NCBI GenBank assembly: GCA_964511965.1
Contig: CAZEGF010000023.1
Coordinates: forward strand, 42,887-106,886
Length of the DNA: 64,000 nucleotides
Origin: an uncultured Gammaproteobacteria bacterium
GTDB lineage: Bacteria; Patescibacteriota; Microgenomatia; Levybacterales; GWA1-39-11
Direction of reading: 5' to 3'
The position numbers and the translations under genes were made by a program. Under the pieces are notes generated by a model. The model did no database searches, was not told the origin of the DNA, and saw only the letters and a program-made list of their open reading frames with translations. This document shows positions 9,314 to 19,152 of the stretch, one piece after another; within the stretch, counting starts at the first letter, position 1, and every line of letters begins with the position of its first letter.

Positions 9314-9884
9314 TGAAGATTTTATTCAAAATTTCAAAGAGGGAAAGATAGGAATTTTCCCTACAGATACTGCTTATGGAATCGGATGCCGGATAGATGA
9401 CGCATCTTCGATTGATAAAATTTATAAATTAAGAAACCGCCCTGAAGAAAAAGCTCTACTTGCACTGGTTAGCTCTGTCGAAATGGCAGAAGAATATGTA
9501 AATATCCCTGAAGATGTAAAAGATCAACTGATTGAGAAGTATTGGCCCGGTGGTCTTACGATAATTTTCAATTGCTATGTTGATAAAATTCCTGCAAATG
9601 TCAGAGCTAATGGAACGACATTGGCAGTAAGATGGCCAAATCACAAAGGTCTTTGTGAGATTATAGATAAGGTAGGGGTTCCAATTGTAGCCCCCTCCGC
9701 AAATTTTTCAGGAGAACCTACACCTTTGGAACTCTCTGAGGTAGACACTGAATTAATTGAGTCTGTTGACTTTGTTATTGAGGGTATGTGTACAATAAAG
9801 GGCGTAAGCACAATTGTTGACGTGACCGTAACGCCATGGAAAGTTGTCCGTAAAGGAGTAATCGAATTGGAAATTGAGAATTGA
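9306..9884 (+). CDS. tsaC: L-threonylcarbamoyladenylate synthase TsaC/YrdC
   Basis: YrdC-domain motifs FPTDTAYGIGC and LRNRPEEKAL. Length 192 aa. Confidence 0.8.
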   Translation: MNNEDFIQNFKEGKIGIFPTDTAYGIGCRIDDASSIDKIYKLRNRPEEKALLALVSSVEMAEEYVNIPEDVKDQLIEKYWPGGLTIIFNCYVDKIPANVRANGTTLAVRWPNHKGLCEIIDKVGVPIVAPSANFSGEPTPLELSEVDTELIESVDFVIEGMCTIKGVSTIVDVTVTPWKVVRKGVIELEIEN

Positions 9885-9901
9885 GATTGACGAATTACAA
9901 A

Positions 9902-10216
9902 ATGACTATTTTGCATATTGATACTAGGGATAATAAAAATGTTGTTGCAAAACTTGATATTGATGGAAAAATTATCGAAGCCAATTCAATAAATGAAGAT
10001 AGAAGACCGGAATCAATAGTCAATCTGATTGCTGCGGTTTGTGAGAAAGCCGGGATTAGGGTACAGGATGTAGATGAAATAAATGTTGAGGAAGGTCCAG
10101 GATCGTACACAGGACTTAAGGTAGGAGTAAGTGTAGCCAACGCTTTGTCTTTTGCTCTTGGCAAAAAAGTTAATGGAAAAATGATTGGCGAAATGGTGGA
10201 ACCTACATACGAATAG
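9902..10216 (+). CDS. tsaB: Minimal TsaB (YeaZ-like N-terminal domain only)
   Basis: ILHIDT...GPGSYTGLKVGVSVANAL matches the TsaB/YeaZ N-lobe. The start was moved to the internal ATG at 9902 to avoid overlap with tsaC. Confidence 0.6.
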   Translation: MTILHIDTRDNKNVVAKLDIDGKIIEANSINEDRRPESIVNLIAAVCEKAGIRVQDVDEINVEEGPGSYTGLKVGVSVANALSFALGKKVNGKMIGEMVEPTYE

Positions 10217-10233
10217 ATTTTATTACTGCCAAT

Positions 10234-11100
10234 ATGCACATTCTACATTTTTTTGTCCCCCATAAAAAAAATAACCACAGGGCAAAATTACTTCATAATG
10301 TTACGCTTACCGTCCTAATTCTAACCGTCGCATTAACTTCATCTCTTGCAGTATATCTACAAAAAACACATCCGGAAGTTCTTGGAATTTCGTATCAAAT
10401 TTCAGATATGGAACTTCTCAATTTAACGAATTATGAGAGAACTCAAAACGGATTACCACCACTCGCACTTAACCGACAGCTTTCAACTGCCGCTCACAAT
10501 AAATCTGATCACATGTTTGCTAACAATTATTGGGCACATTTCGCGCCCGACGGTACAAGTCCTTGGTATTTTATTAAAAACGCAGGATACGAGTATACAT
10601 ATGCAGGGGAAAATTTAGCAAAAGGATTTACAACTTCATCAGATGCAATGTCTGCTTGGATGAAATCACCAACACACAGAGCAAATATATTAGCACGACA
10701 ATACGAAGATGTTGGATTTTCTGTAGCTGAAGGAAAATTACAGGGGGAAGACACCATTCTTATTGTTCAAGAATTTGGAGCAAGGGATAAAACGGGGACA
10801 ATCAATCCTAACGGCACAATTGATACTCAAGTACCACCAAATTTTGGTAATCTTGCTGAGGTTAAGGGTTCGACTGGAACTCAAAATATTGAGAATAAAC
10901 CACTACTTGATATAGGAGTAGTCGCAAAAACTATTACTTTCATTTTACTTTCAGCACTTCTCATTGCTCTTGTTTTGGACTTTATTATTATTGAGAAAAA
11001 GAAAATTCCTAGAGTAGTTGGAAATAATTTGGATCATATAATATTAATAACTATATTCGTTTCATTTTTACTCATGGCAAAATTAGGAAAAATAATTTGA
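10234..11100 (+). CDS. CAP/SCP (PR-1-like) domain protein with N- and C-terminal TM anchors
   Basis: CAP-domain motifs (HNKSDHMFANNYWAHF, GENLAKGF) flanked by hydrophobic helices. Confidence 0.65.
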   Translation: MHILHFFVPHKKNNHRAKLLHNVTLTVLILTVALTSSLAVYLQKTHPEVLGISYQISDMELLNLTNYERTQNGLPPLALNRQLSTAAHNKSDHMFANNYWAHFAPDGTSPWYFIKNAGYEYTYAGENLAKGFTTSSDAMSAWMKSPTHRANILARQYEDVGFSVAEGKLQGEDTILIVQEFGARDKTGTINPNGTIDTQVPPNFGNLAEVKGSTGTQNIENKPLLDIGVVAKTITFILLSALLIALVLDFIIIEKKKIPRVVGNNLDHIILITIFVSFLLMAKLGKII

Positions 11101-11101
11101 T

Positions 11102-11359
11102 ATGAAAAGAAATCATGCACTGCTTTATCTCATTGAATTTTTGATAATCGGTGGTGGATTTGCTTTGATTTTATCTCTAACTTTAACGTTTTATATGCAA
11201 ATGCTTATTATCGCAGCAATTTTGATTTTATATATTGTAATAGGGTTGACACATCATAGAACTCATCATGATATTAATATTAAAGTTGTGCTAGAATATA
11301 TTTTAATTAGTACTCTAATATTTGCATTGTTTGTACTTCTGAATACATCAAGAATATAA
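11102..11359 (+). CDS. Small two-TM membrane protein, hypothetical
   Basis: 85 aa, two hydrophobic helices, co-directional and tightly packed with its neighbours. Confidence 0.35.
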   Translation: MKRNHALLYLIEFLIIGGGFALILSLTLTFYMQMLIIAAILILYIVIGLTHHRTHHDINIKVVLEYILISTLIFALFVLLNTSRI

Positions 11360-11361
11360 CT

Positions 11362-12084
11362 ATGAAAGGAATAATACTTGCAGGTGGAAAAGCAACTAGA
11401 TTAAGGCCTTTAACAAAAATTACCTCAAAACAATTACTTCCGGTTTATGACAAGCCGATGATTTACTACCCGATAGACACTCTTGTAAAAGCTGGAATAA
11501 AAGATATTCTTATCATTGTAGCACCTGAATATTCTGGTCATTTTCTAAATCTTTTAGGATCCGGTAAGGATTTCAATGTCAACTTTTCTTACGAGGTCCA
11601 AGAAGAACCTAGAGGATTGGCAGATGCTTTTAGAGTTGGCGAAACTTTTATTGGTGATGATAATGTCACAATGATTCTAGGAGATAATATTTTCGATCAG
11701 GATTTTACTGAGAGCATAGCATCATTCCAAAAAGGTGGAAAGGTCTTTGCTAAGAAAGTCCACGATCCTGAACGGTTCGGTGTTGTAGACTTTGATGAAA
11801 ATCACAATGTACTTTCTATAGTTGAAAAACCAGAAGTTCCAAAAAGTGAATATGCTGTCGTAGGATTATATATCTATGATAATAGAGTTATACAATATGC
11901 AAAAGAACTAACTCCCTCAGAGAGAGGAGAAATTGAAATAACAGATATTAATAATAGGTATTTGAGAGACGGAGCATTAGTTGTTGATATTATCGATGGT
12001 ATTTGGCAAGATGCAGGAACTTTTGACAGTCTTTATGAAGCAAGTAAGTATTGGTATGATAAGAAAAAGGCTAACATTTCTTAA
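11362..12084 (+). CDS. rmlA: Glucose-1-phosphate thymidylyltransferase (short form)
   Basis: MKGIILAGGKATRLRPLT...QLLPVYDKPMIYYP is the canonical RmlA N-terminus. Confidence 0.8.
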   Translation: MKGIILAGGKATRLRPLTKITSKQLLPVYDKPMIYYPIDTLVKAGIKDILIIVAPEYSGHFLNLLGSGKDFNVNFSYEVQEEPRGLADAFRVGETFIGDDNVTMILGDNIFDQDFTESIASFQKGGKVFAKKVHDPERFGVVDFDENHNVLSIVEKPEVPKSEYAVVGLYIYDNRVIQYAKELTPSERGEIEITDINNRYLRDGALVVDIIDGIWQDAGTFDSLYEASKYWYDKKKANIS

Positions 12085-12107
12085 TTTTTTTTGATATATT
12101 TTACATT

Positions 12108-12548
12108 ATGCCGCTCGCAACAACAGAAGAAGCAAAAAAAGTACCCACACGTGATCACTCAGGAAATGATAATGGATTTCTTATTGAGCTATTTAAAGAT
12201 AAAGAAACAGGTGAAAAAACAGAAGTATATTTAACTGCAGCAATTCCGGGGGCATTTAAGGGATATCACTTACATAGAGTAAGAGCAGCACGTTACGTTG
12301 CGCTAAAAGGAATTATGAAAATCACGCTTTACAAGCCGGGTGATCCAAATTCTAAAGAGGAACATATCCTTGATAGTTCAAAGCCATCTAGACTTTTTAT
12401 TCCTAAAGACATTGCAACCGGTCTTGAGAATGTAGGAGAAGAAGAGGCTTGGCTAGTCAATTACCCGGATCCAGCTTACGACCCATCCTTAAAAGATGAG
12501 CAAGTTGAATACACAGAAGAAGAACTCCTCCAAGGCATAATTAAGTAA
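12108..12548 (+). CDS. Cupin-fold sugar-nucleotide epimerase or isomerase (RmlC/FdtA-like; probably the dTDP-4-dehydrorhamnose 3,5-epimerase of this locus)
   Basis: 146-aa beta-rich protein with a conserved GYHLHR / IPKDIATGLENVG pattern. It sits between rmlA and the other rml genes. The assignment rests on context. Confidence 0.45.
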   Translation: MPLATTEEAKKVPTRDHSGNDNGFLIELFKDKETGEKTEVYLTAAIPGAFKGYHLHRVRAARYVALKGIMKITLYKPGDPNSKEEHILDSSKPSRLFIPKDIATGLENVGEEEAWLVNYPDPAYDPSLKDEQVEYTEEELLQGIIK

Positions 12549-12567
12549 ATTTCTCCATTGAAAAATA

Positions 12568-13314
12568 GTGAGAATAGCCATACAATTCAAAATTATTATG
12601 GCAATTCAAGAGGGAGACACATCTGCGTTTTTGAACCTGGATCCAGAAGCTGATTTTACTATGCAGAGTAGGATAATTTTGAAGGACGTGTTGGGTGTTA
12701 TGCAGGATAACCCTGATTTTGTAGCATCAAGCGTTGATGCTGCTGTTGAAATTTGTGCTGATACAGTCAAAAAAAAGCCTGAATTTATACCCATAATCAC
12801 TCCGATCAAAGCTGTTTCTACATATCTTGAAAGTTTTGTTAGGGAGCCTCTTGTTGACGCTGCCGGGAAATATCCTGATCCGGCAGGGGAAATATTGGGA
12901 GATATCTCAAGAGGAGTTTTTCACTTATCAAATGCTCTTGCCGAAGTTGATGGAGTATTAAGTCTTGGAGTACCGGGTCAAGTCATGTTCTCTTTGTCAC
13001 GAGAAGCACAAAATCTTTCTCCAGAAGTAAGATCAGAATTTATATCAAAGCGTAGAGAATTTAGGACATATTTAGCTGAAAGAAGGTTTGGTCTCTATTT
13101 AAAAGATCCAACTGGGGGAAGACTGGTGTGGCAAGAGTATGAAGATCTCATAGATTTAAGCAAAGGAATATCTCCATATGAGGGTTATAAAGTAAATGGA
13201 AATCCAATTAACGAGATAGGAGTAGAAGGTGGATCATTTGTTCTAAATGCATATGGTATGATCTACCGTTGTGCCCGAGAAAAATTAGGATCAGGCATAG
13301 TAGTTACTCAATGA
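12568..13314 (+). CDS. Hypothetical soluble protein
   Basis: 248-aa ORF with no recognisable motif. The true start may be the internal MAIQEGD at 12598. Confidence 0.35.
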   Translation: MRIAIQFKIIMAIQEGDTSAFLNLDPEADFTMQSRIILKDVLGVMQDNPDFVASSVDAAVEICADTVKKKPEFIPIITPIKAVSTYLESFVREPLVDAAGKYPDPAGEILGDISRGVFHLSNALAEVDGVLSLGVPGQVMFSLSREAQNLSPEVRSEFISKRREFRTYLAERRFGLYLKDPTGGRLVWQEYEDLIDLSKGISPYEGYKVNGNPINEIGVEGGSFVLNAYGMIYRCAREKLGSGIVVTQ

Positions 13315-13883
13315 AAACCGTTGCATTTGTAATCCCCGGATACCATCATTCTCCAGACCGGAAAATTTATACAGATATAATAGACGGTTTTGAAGAAAAA
13401 AAATTTAAAGTAATCCCGGTAAAAATTTCCTGGCAATATCACACAATGTCTTTTTGGGTGGAGGAGTTTCTTAAAATTTATGACATTGAAAAAGGAGACA
13501 TAAATATATTTTTAGGATTTTCTTATGGAGCGATGATTTCGTTTATAGCTTCAACACAAGTAAAAGTAGATACTCAAATACTGTGCTCATTGTCTCCATA
13601 CTTTGCAGAAGATCTTGAATTTCTTCCTCGCCTCTGGAAAAAAGGGAAAAGAAGAATTGCTGATTTTAAAACTATATCTGCTTCCATTCGTACCCCTCAA
13701 ATAAAAGCAGATACCTATGTGTTATATGGTTCAAAAGAGAGTAAACAGATTGAAAAAAGAGCTAAAGATGTGTTTGCATTGTTAACATCATCAAAACATA
13801 TTATTCAAATTAAAGATTCAAAACATGATATCGGAAACCCTGACTATTTGTTTGAAATTAGAAAAATTATTGCTCAACTTTGA
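13311..13883 (+). CDS. Alpha/beta-hydrolase-fold protein
   Basis: GxSxG nucleophile elbow (GFSYGAM) and a late HD. The start was set at the internal MKTVAFVIPGY, immediately after the upstream stop. Confidence 0.5.
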   Translation: MKTVAFVIPGYHHSPDRKIYTDIIDGFEEKKFKVIPVKISWQYHTMSFWVEEFLKIYDIEKGDINIFLGFSYGAMISFIASTQVKVDTQILCSLSPYFAEDLEFLPRLWKKGKRRIADFKTISASIRTPQIKADTYVLYGSKESKQIEKRAKDVFALLTSSKHIIQIKDSKHDIGNPDYLFEIRKIIAQL

Positions 13884-13895
13884 TATACTGAAAGC

Positions 13896-14351
13896 ATGGA
13901 TGTCAGGAAATTAATTTCCGAATACTTTGAAAGTGCCCAGTTACTTCAAATAATAACTTCAATCAACGACCAACCTTGGGCTGCAACAGTATTTTTTGCA
14001 TACGATGATGACCTCAATTTGTATTGGATATCAAGGACGGATAGAAGACACTCTCAAGAAATTAATCAAAATCATAATGTGGCAGGAGTGATTGTGAAAT
14101 ATCACACGTATAGTGAAAAGGTAAGGGGGATTCAGTTAGTAGGTACAGCAGAAGAATTGATGGGTGAAGAAGAAGAGAAATGCATGCAAATTTATCAAAA
14201 AAGATACTCGTTCCCTCGAGCAAGGGTATTAAATCCATCTACCGAGGATGAAAATGAAAAAAAAGTACTATATAGATTAAAGCCTACATATATTGTTCTT
14301 TTTGACGAAGTTAATTTTCCAGAAAATCCAAGACAAGAATTCCGACCTTAA
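13896..14351 (+). CDS. Pyridoxamine-5'-phosphate-oxidase-like FMN-binding split-barrel protein
   Basis: About 150 aa. Paralogous to the next ORF (LQIATV..RPWAATVF..D..LNLYWIS...RHS.E...N..VAG.VV). Confidence 0.6.
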   Translation: MDVRKLISEYFESAQLLQIITSINDQPWAATVFFAYDDDLNLYWISRTDRRHSQEINQNHNVAGVIVKYHTYSEKVRGIQLVGTAEELMGEEEEKCMQIYQKRYSFPRARVLNPSTEDENEKKVLYRLKPTYIVLFDEVNFPENPRQEFRP

Positions 14352-14352
14352 T

Positions 14353-14802
14353 ATGGATTTAAAAAAACTGGTGCAGGATTATTTGGCAAGCGCACAAGTA
14401 ATGCAAATTGCCACAGTACATGACAACAGACCGTGGATTGCTACCGTCTACTATGTTGCTGATTCAGAGCTTAATTTGTATTGGATCTCAAAAGGCATGA
14501 GAAGGCACTCTAGAGAACTTGAAAAAAATTCACATGTTGCAGGAAGTGTAGTGGTAAACCATGTATATGGAGAAAAAGTAAGGGGTCTTCAGGTCGAGGG
14601 GACAGCTGAGCAGCTCAAAGGGGTAGAGGCAGAACAAGGATTAAATGTATATAAATCGAGATTTTGGATAGTTGAAGAAAGAGAAAAAGCTTTGGCCGGT
14701 GAAAATGAACCAGCTTATGTGTATAGACTTAAACCGGAGCGGTATGTACTGATTGATGAGGTAAATCTCCCCGATAATCCCCGACAGGAGTTAAAAATGT
14801 AA
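14353..14802 (+). CDS. PNPOx-like FMN-binding protein (paralogue 2)
   Basis: Roughly 50% identical to 13896-14351. The start was taken at the internal MDLKK. Confidence 0.6.
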   Translation: MDLKKLVQDYLASAQVMQIATVHDNRPWIATVYYVADSELNLYWISKGMRRHSRELEKNSHVAGSVVVNHVYGEKVRGLQVEGTAEQLKGVEAEQGLNVYKSRFWIVEEREKALAGENEPAYVYRLKPERYVLIDEVNLPDNPRQELKM

Positions 14803-14803
14803 C

Positions 14804-15523
14804 ATGCGCACTAAGCAAATTTATTTAGACGATTCATATTTACAAGAAATGGATGCGGAAATTCTTGAAGTAATTTCTGAAAGCGATGATCGTTACCGCT
14901 TGTTATTATCCCAAACTGTTTTTTATCCAATGGGTGGAGGACAAGCAACAGACCAAGGAAGTTTGGATACCGGGTCTTACACCGGTGAGGTTTACCAAGT
15001 TATGTATAAAGATGGTGAGATTTGGCATTTTGTAAAATGTGATGTAGCGCCGAAAGTTGGGGATAAAGTTCACGGAAAAATAAATTGGGTAAGACGATTT
15101 AAAAATATGCGCTTACATTCTGCAGGGCATATCATAGATTTTGCAATGGCTGCATTAGGTTACTCCCCAAAACAATTAATACCTCAAAAAGCCGATCACG
15201 ATAAAAATCCACATATTGTTTATTCGGGTGTTTTGGATCATGACATTAGAGATGAGCTACAAACAAAAACAAACGCACTTGTTCTTGAGAATCGTGAATT
15301 CTCCTGGTACTTTGAGCCTTATGACCAACTTCAAAAAGAAGCAATTTATTTGCAACCCGGATTACCCACCGACAAACCTTTGAGAACACTAAAGCTTGAA
15401 GGAATTGGGGTAGTTGCCGATGGTGGGACGCAGGTCAAAAAAACTTCGGAAGTCGGAAAAATACAAATCGACGCAATTGAGGAAAAAACAGACATGACTG
15501 TAGTAAAATACTCATTGCAATAA
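14804..15523 (+). CDS. AlaX-like free-standing aminoacyl-tRNA editing protein (Thr/Ala-tRNA synthetase second additional domain)
   Basis: HSAGHII (HxxxH) zinc motif, and 239 aa is typical of AlaX-M. Confidence 0.55.
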   Translation: MRTKQIYLDDSYLQEMDAEILEVISESDDRYRLLLSQTVFYPMGGGQATDQGSLDTGSYTGEVYQVMYKDGEIWHFVKCDVAPKVGDKVHGKINWVRRFKNMRLHSAGHIIDFAMAALGYSPKQLIPQKADHDKNPHIVYSGVLDHDIRDELQTKTNALVLENREFSWYFEPYDQLQKEAIYLQPGLPTDKPLRTLKLEGIGVVADGGTQVKKTSEVGKIQIDAIEEKTDMTVVKYSLQ

Positions 15524-15939
15524 TGGATGATAAAAAAACTATTCTTGAATTTTTAAAGACAGTGAACCATGCAGTCATTGGTACCGTCAATAAAAATGGA
15601 AATCCGCAGGGAGCAACCGTTGGATTTGGACAAACTGAAGAATTGGAAATTATTTTTGGAACAAGTAGTCTCACTCAAAAGGCTCAGAATATATCACAAA
15701 ACAACCACGTTTCACTAGTCGTTAATGATCCAACAAGATCCGTTCAGTACGAGGGGACCGCAAGACTTCTTGATGGTGTAGAAAAAGAGATGTATACAAA
15801 AATATATTTTGAAAAAAATCCGGGTATGGCAAAGTACTACGAATTAGAATCACAGCAATATTATTTGGTAACCCCTCACTGGATACGATACATCGATCAC
15901 ACAAAATCCCCAAATGGGACAATTGAAATAAGGTTTTAG
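15523..15939 (+). CDS. PNPOx-like FMN-binding protein (paralogue 3)
   Basis: 138 aa with the split-barrel pattern (VIGTVNKNGNPQGATVGF...HVSLVV). Confidence 0.55.
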   Translation: MDDKKTILEFLKTVNHAVIGTVNKNGNPQGATVGFGQTEELEIIFGTSSLTQKAQNISQNNHVSLVVNDPTRSVQYEGTARLLDGVEKEMYTKIYFEKNPGMAKYYELESQQYYLVTPHWIRYIDHTKSPNGTIEIRF

Positions 15940-15943
15940 CAAT

Positions 15944-16789
15944 ATGACTATGCAAGAAATGGGACGCGTTCCTGAAGGTGAAAATTTACAGTTTCTGCAA
16001 GATGTTTTAACAGACGTATCAGAGATAGCTAGGAGAAACTTTGGTAGAACTGCATCTATTTCTACAAAAGATGGAGACAATAACCAAGTTTTAACAGAAA
16101 CAGATTTAGAAATAGGTAAGTTAATTGTAGATAGAATCCAAGAAACATTTCCAACTCACAATATTATTGATGAAGAAGCTGGTGTTATCGATAAAGGGTC
16201 GGAACACACTTGGATAGTCGATCCAGTTGATGGTACAAGTAATTTTGCAAATCGTGCCCCTCTTTTTGGAACAATCATTGGAAAACTTTATAAAAACAAG
16301 GCTGTAGTTGGTGGTGTTGCATTGCCAATGTTTTCCGAAATATATCTAGCAGAGCAGGGTAGAGGAACATTTTGCAATGGAGAAAAATTAGGAGTAACCT
16401 CTGAACAAAATTTATTGGCAGTTCTTGTTGGATATAGTTTGGATGGTCATCAAGAAAATCCACAATTAACTTATGAAGAGTGCGCACTTCTTGCAGATAT
16501 TATCCTTGGGTGCAGAAATCTAAGAACCAGCGGGTCTATATTTGATGCCATGCAAGTTGCTAAAGGAAATTATGGTGCTTATCATCATAGAAATACCAAA
16601 ATTTGGGATATTGTTGGAATGCAGGTAATTATTGAAGAAGCAGGTGGGGTATTTACAAATTTTGATGGAAGTCCTGTTGATTACACTGACCATTTGAAAA
16701 GGGCTAAAGATAAATATCCATTCTCCACAGCAGCACCTGAAATACATAGACAATTACAGGAAATAATTCACAGAAGTAAAGTCATATAG
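15944..16789 (+). CDS. Inositol-monophosphatase-family phosphatase
   Basis: DPVDGTSNF metal-binding motif and the IMPase-family length. Confidence 0.75.
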   Translation: MTMQEMGRVPEGENLQFLQDVLTDVSEIARRNFGRTASISTKDGDNNQVLTETDLEIGKLIVDRIQETFPTHNIIDEEAGVIDKGSEHTWIVDPVDGTSNFANRAPLFGTIIGKLYKNKAVVGGVALPMFSEIYLAEQGRGTFCNGEKLGVTSEQNLLAVLVGYSLDGHQENPQLTYEECALLADIILGCRNLRTSGSIFDAMQVAKGNYGAYHHRNTKIWDIVGMQVIIEEAGGVFTNFDGSPVDYTDHLKRAKDKYPFSTAAPEIHRQLQEIIHRSKVI

Positions 16790-17596
16790 ATGGATTATTT
16801 GGAGTTTATAAAAAAAATTTTAGAAGAGGCGTTTGAGATTGCCCGAAATAATTTTGGTAAAACTTCTTCGGTAATTACAAAAAGTGGTGATAACAACCAA
16901 GTCCTGACCGAGACAGATTTGGCTATTGGAAATCTAATCGTTGGAAAAATAAAAGAAGTATTTCCTACCCACAATATCATTGATGAAGAGGCAGGTGTAA
17001 TTGATAATAAATCTGAATTCACATGGGTTGTCGATCCAATTGATGGGACAAGTAACTTTGCAAACGGCATTCCATTGTACGGGGTTATGGTAGGTTTGCT
17101 AAATAAAGAAACACCAATTGCAGGAGGAATTTCTCTTCCATCATTTAATGAAATATATGTTGCTGAAAAAGGGAAGGGTGTATATTGTAATGGTGAGCAA
17201 ATATATGCAACAAAAGATGAAAGTCTTTTGAAAGTTCTCGTCGCATATGGTATCGATGGACATCAAGAAAATCCAGACATTTCTTATAACGAAACAAAAT
17301 TGCTTGGCGAAATAGTTTTGAATATCAGAAATCTCAGATCCAGCAACAGCGCATTTGATACTGCAATGGTTGCAAAAGGCTCGTATGGCGCAACTCTTAA
17401 TAGAACAAGTAAAATTTGGGATAATGTAGCTCAACAAATTATATTAGAAGAAGCTGGGTGCACATATACAGATTTTTTTGGAAAACCAATCGACTATAGT
17501 AACCCTGTCTCAAAAGCCAGAGAAAATTTTACTTTCTGTGCCGCTCCGCCAAATCTTCATCAAGCTCTTCAGACACTCATTCACAAGGTGCATTAA
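16790..17596 (+). CDS. Inositol-monophosphatase-family phosphatase (tandem paralogue)
   Basis: DPIDGTSNF. Shares long identical stretches with the upstream gene (NNQVLTETDL.IG.LIV). Confidence 0.75.
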   Translation: MDYLEFIKKILEEAFEIARNNFGKTSSVITKSGDNNQVLTETDLAIGNLIVGKIKEVFPTHNIIDEEAGVIDNKSEFTWVVDPIDGTSNFANGIPLYGVMVGLLNKETPIAGGISLPSFNEIYVAEKGKGVYCNGEQIYATKDESLLKVLVAYGIDGHQENPDISYNETKLLGEIVLNIRNLRSSNSAFDTAMVAKGSYGATLNRTSKIWDNVAQQIILEEAGCTYTDFFGKPIDYSNPVSKARENFTFCAAPPNLHQALQTLIHKVH

Positions 17597-17627
17597 ATAA
17601 TGTACACTTTAGTAGTAAATAGTTTTA

Positions 17628-18104
17628 ATGTTACGAATGAAAAAGAAGAAAAATAATCACTTTGCTATTATTGTTTTAGGAATCGTAGTTCTGATTATTG
17701 GCGCTGTTTCATATTTTGTTTTTTCAAAACCAACAGCTACTCAACCACAAACTCAAAACCAAACCCAAATAACACCACTTCCATATTCAAATGAGATTCT
17801 AGTAACATCACCCACGCAAAATGAAAAAGTAATTTCCCCTATAAAAATTACAGGGAAAGCAAAAGGAACATGGTATTTTGAAGGTACATTTACTGCTGAA
17901 CTTTTTGATAGCAACAATACTTCTTTAGGAACCGTACAAGTTAATGCAAAAGGTGACTGGATGAGTGAGGAATTTGTACCATTTGAAGGGGATCTTACAT
18001 TTACTTCCCCGGCAACAAAAATGGGAAAACTTATTATAAAAAAGGACAACCCTTCAGGATTACCTGAAAATGAGAAAAAGCTCGAAATCCCCGTGACTTT
18101 TTGA
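17628..18104 (+). CDS. N-terminally anchored extracytoplasmic beta-rich protein, hypothetical
   Basis: One TM helix followed by a ~110-aa domain. Confidence 0.4.
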   Translation: MLRMKKKKNNHFAIIVLGIVVLIIGAVSYFVFSKPTATQPQTQNQTQITPLPYSNEILVTSPTQNEKVISPIKITGKAKGTWYFEGTFTAELFDSNNTSLGTVQVNAKGDWMSEEFVPFEGDLTFTSPATKMGKLIIKKDNPSGLPENEKKLEIPVTF

Positions 18105-18138
18105 GATACTACCCGATTTTGGTATACTTACATACGTA

Positions 18139-19152
18139 ATGTCTAAAATCCTTGTTACTGGTGGGGCCGGTTTTATCGGTTCAAACTTCGTACTTTATTG
18201 GGTCAATAAATATCCGGAGGACACTGTTGTTGTTTTTGATAAGTTGACCTACGCAGGAAATCTTGAAAATCTTTCTTCAATTGAAAAAAAGTCTAATTAT
18301 TTATTTATCCAAGGAGATATAACAGTCCCTGAAATGGTAAATAATGTTATGGAGGGGGTTGATACTGTTGTTCATTTCGCAGCTGAATCACATGTTGATC
18401 GCAGTATTAAAGAACCTGCTGCTTTTGTTAAGACAAATGTATTGGGTACTCAAGTATTACTGGATAGCGCACTCAAGCATAACGTAAAAAGATTTCATCA
18501 TGTCTCAACAGATGAGGTTTTTGGAGCCTTAGCTCTGGACACTACAGAAAAATTTAATGAATCGACTCCCTATGATCCTCGAAGTCCTTATTCGGCAAGT
18601 AAAGCCGGATCAGACCATCTTGTACGTGCGTATTATGAAACCTACAATTTACCCGTAACAATTACTAATTGTGCTAATAATTATGGTCCATACCATTTTC
18701 CCGAAAAACTTATACCATTGGCCATCACAAATATACTCGAAGGGAAAAAAGTGCCTGTTTATGGCGACGGGTTATACGTTAGGGATTGGTTATATGTTGA
18801 AGATCATGTAAGAGCAATTGAGATGGTTTTACAAAAAGGTAAAGTTGGCGAGACTTATTGCGTAGGTAGCATGACTCAGGATATAAACAATTTAGAGGTT
18901 GTTAAGAAAATTCTTAAAATAATGGGTAAAGACGAAAGCCAAATAGAGTTTGTAAAAGATAGACCCGGGCATGATAGACGGTATGCAATTGACTGGTCTA
19001 AAATCCACAACGAATTAGGGTGGGAACCATTAAATGATTTTGATACATGGCTTTCAAAAACGATTGACTGGTATAAAGAAAACGAGAAATGGTGGAGAGA
19101 TATAAAAGAGGGTACCTATAAAGATTATTACAAGGAGCACTACAATTCATGA
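18139..19152 (+). CDS. rmlB: dTDP-glucose 4,6-dehydratase
   Basis: ILVTGGAGFIGSNFV, YSASKAGSD catalytic motif, 337 aa. Confidence 0.85.
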   Translation: MSKILVTGGAGFIGSNFVLYWVNKYPEDTVVVFDKLTYAGNLENLSSIEKKSNYLFIQGDITVPEMVNNVMEGVDTVVHFAAESHVDRSIKEPAAFVKTNVLGTQVLLDSALKHNVKRFHHVSTDEVFGALALDTTEKFNESTPYDPRSPYSASKAGSDHLVRAYYETYNLPVTITNCANNYGPYHFPEKLIPLAITNILEGKKVPVYGDGLYVRDWLYVEDHVRAIEMVLQKGKVGETYCVGSMTQDINNLEVVKKILKIMGKDESQIEFVKDRPGHDRRYAIDWSKIHNELGWEPLNDFDTWLSKTIDWYKENEKWWRDIKEGTYKDYYKEHYNS

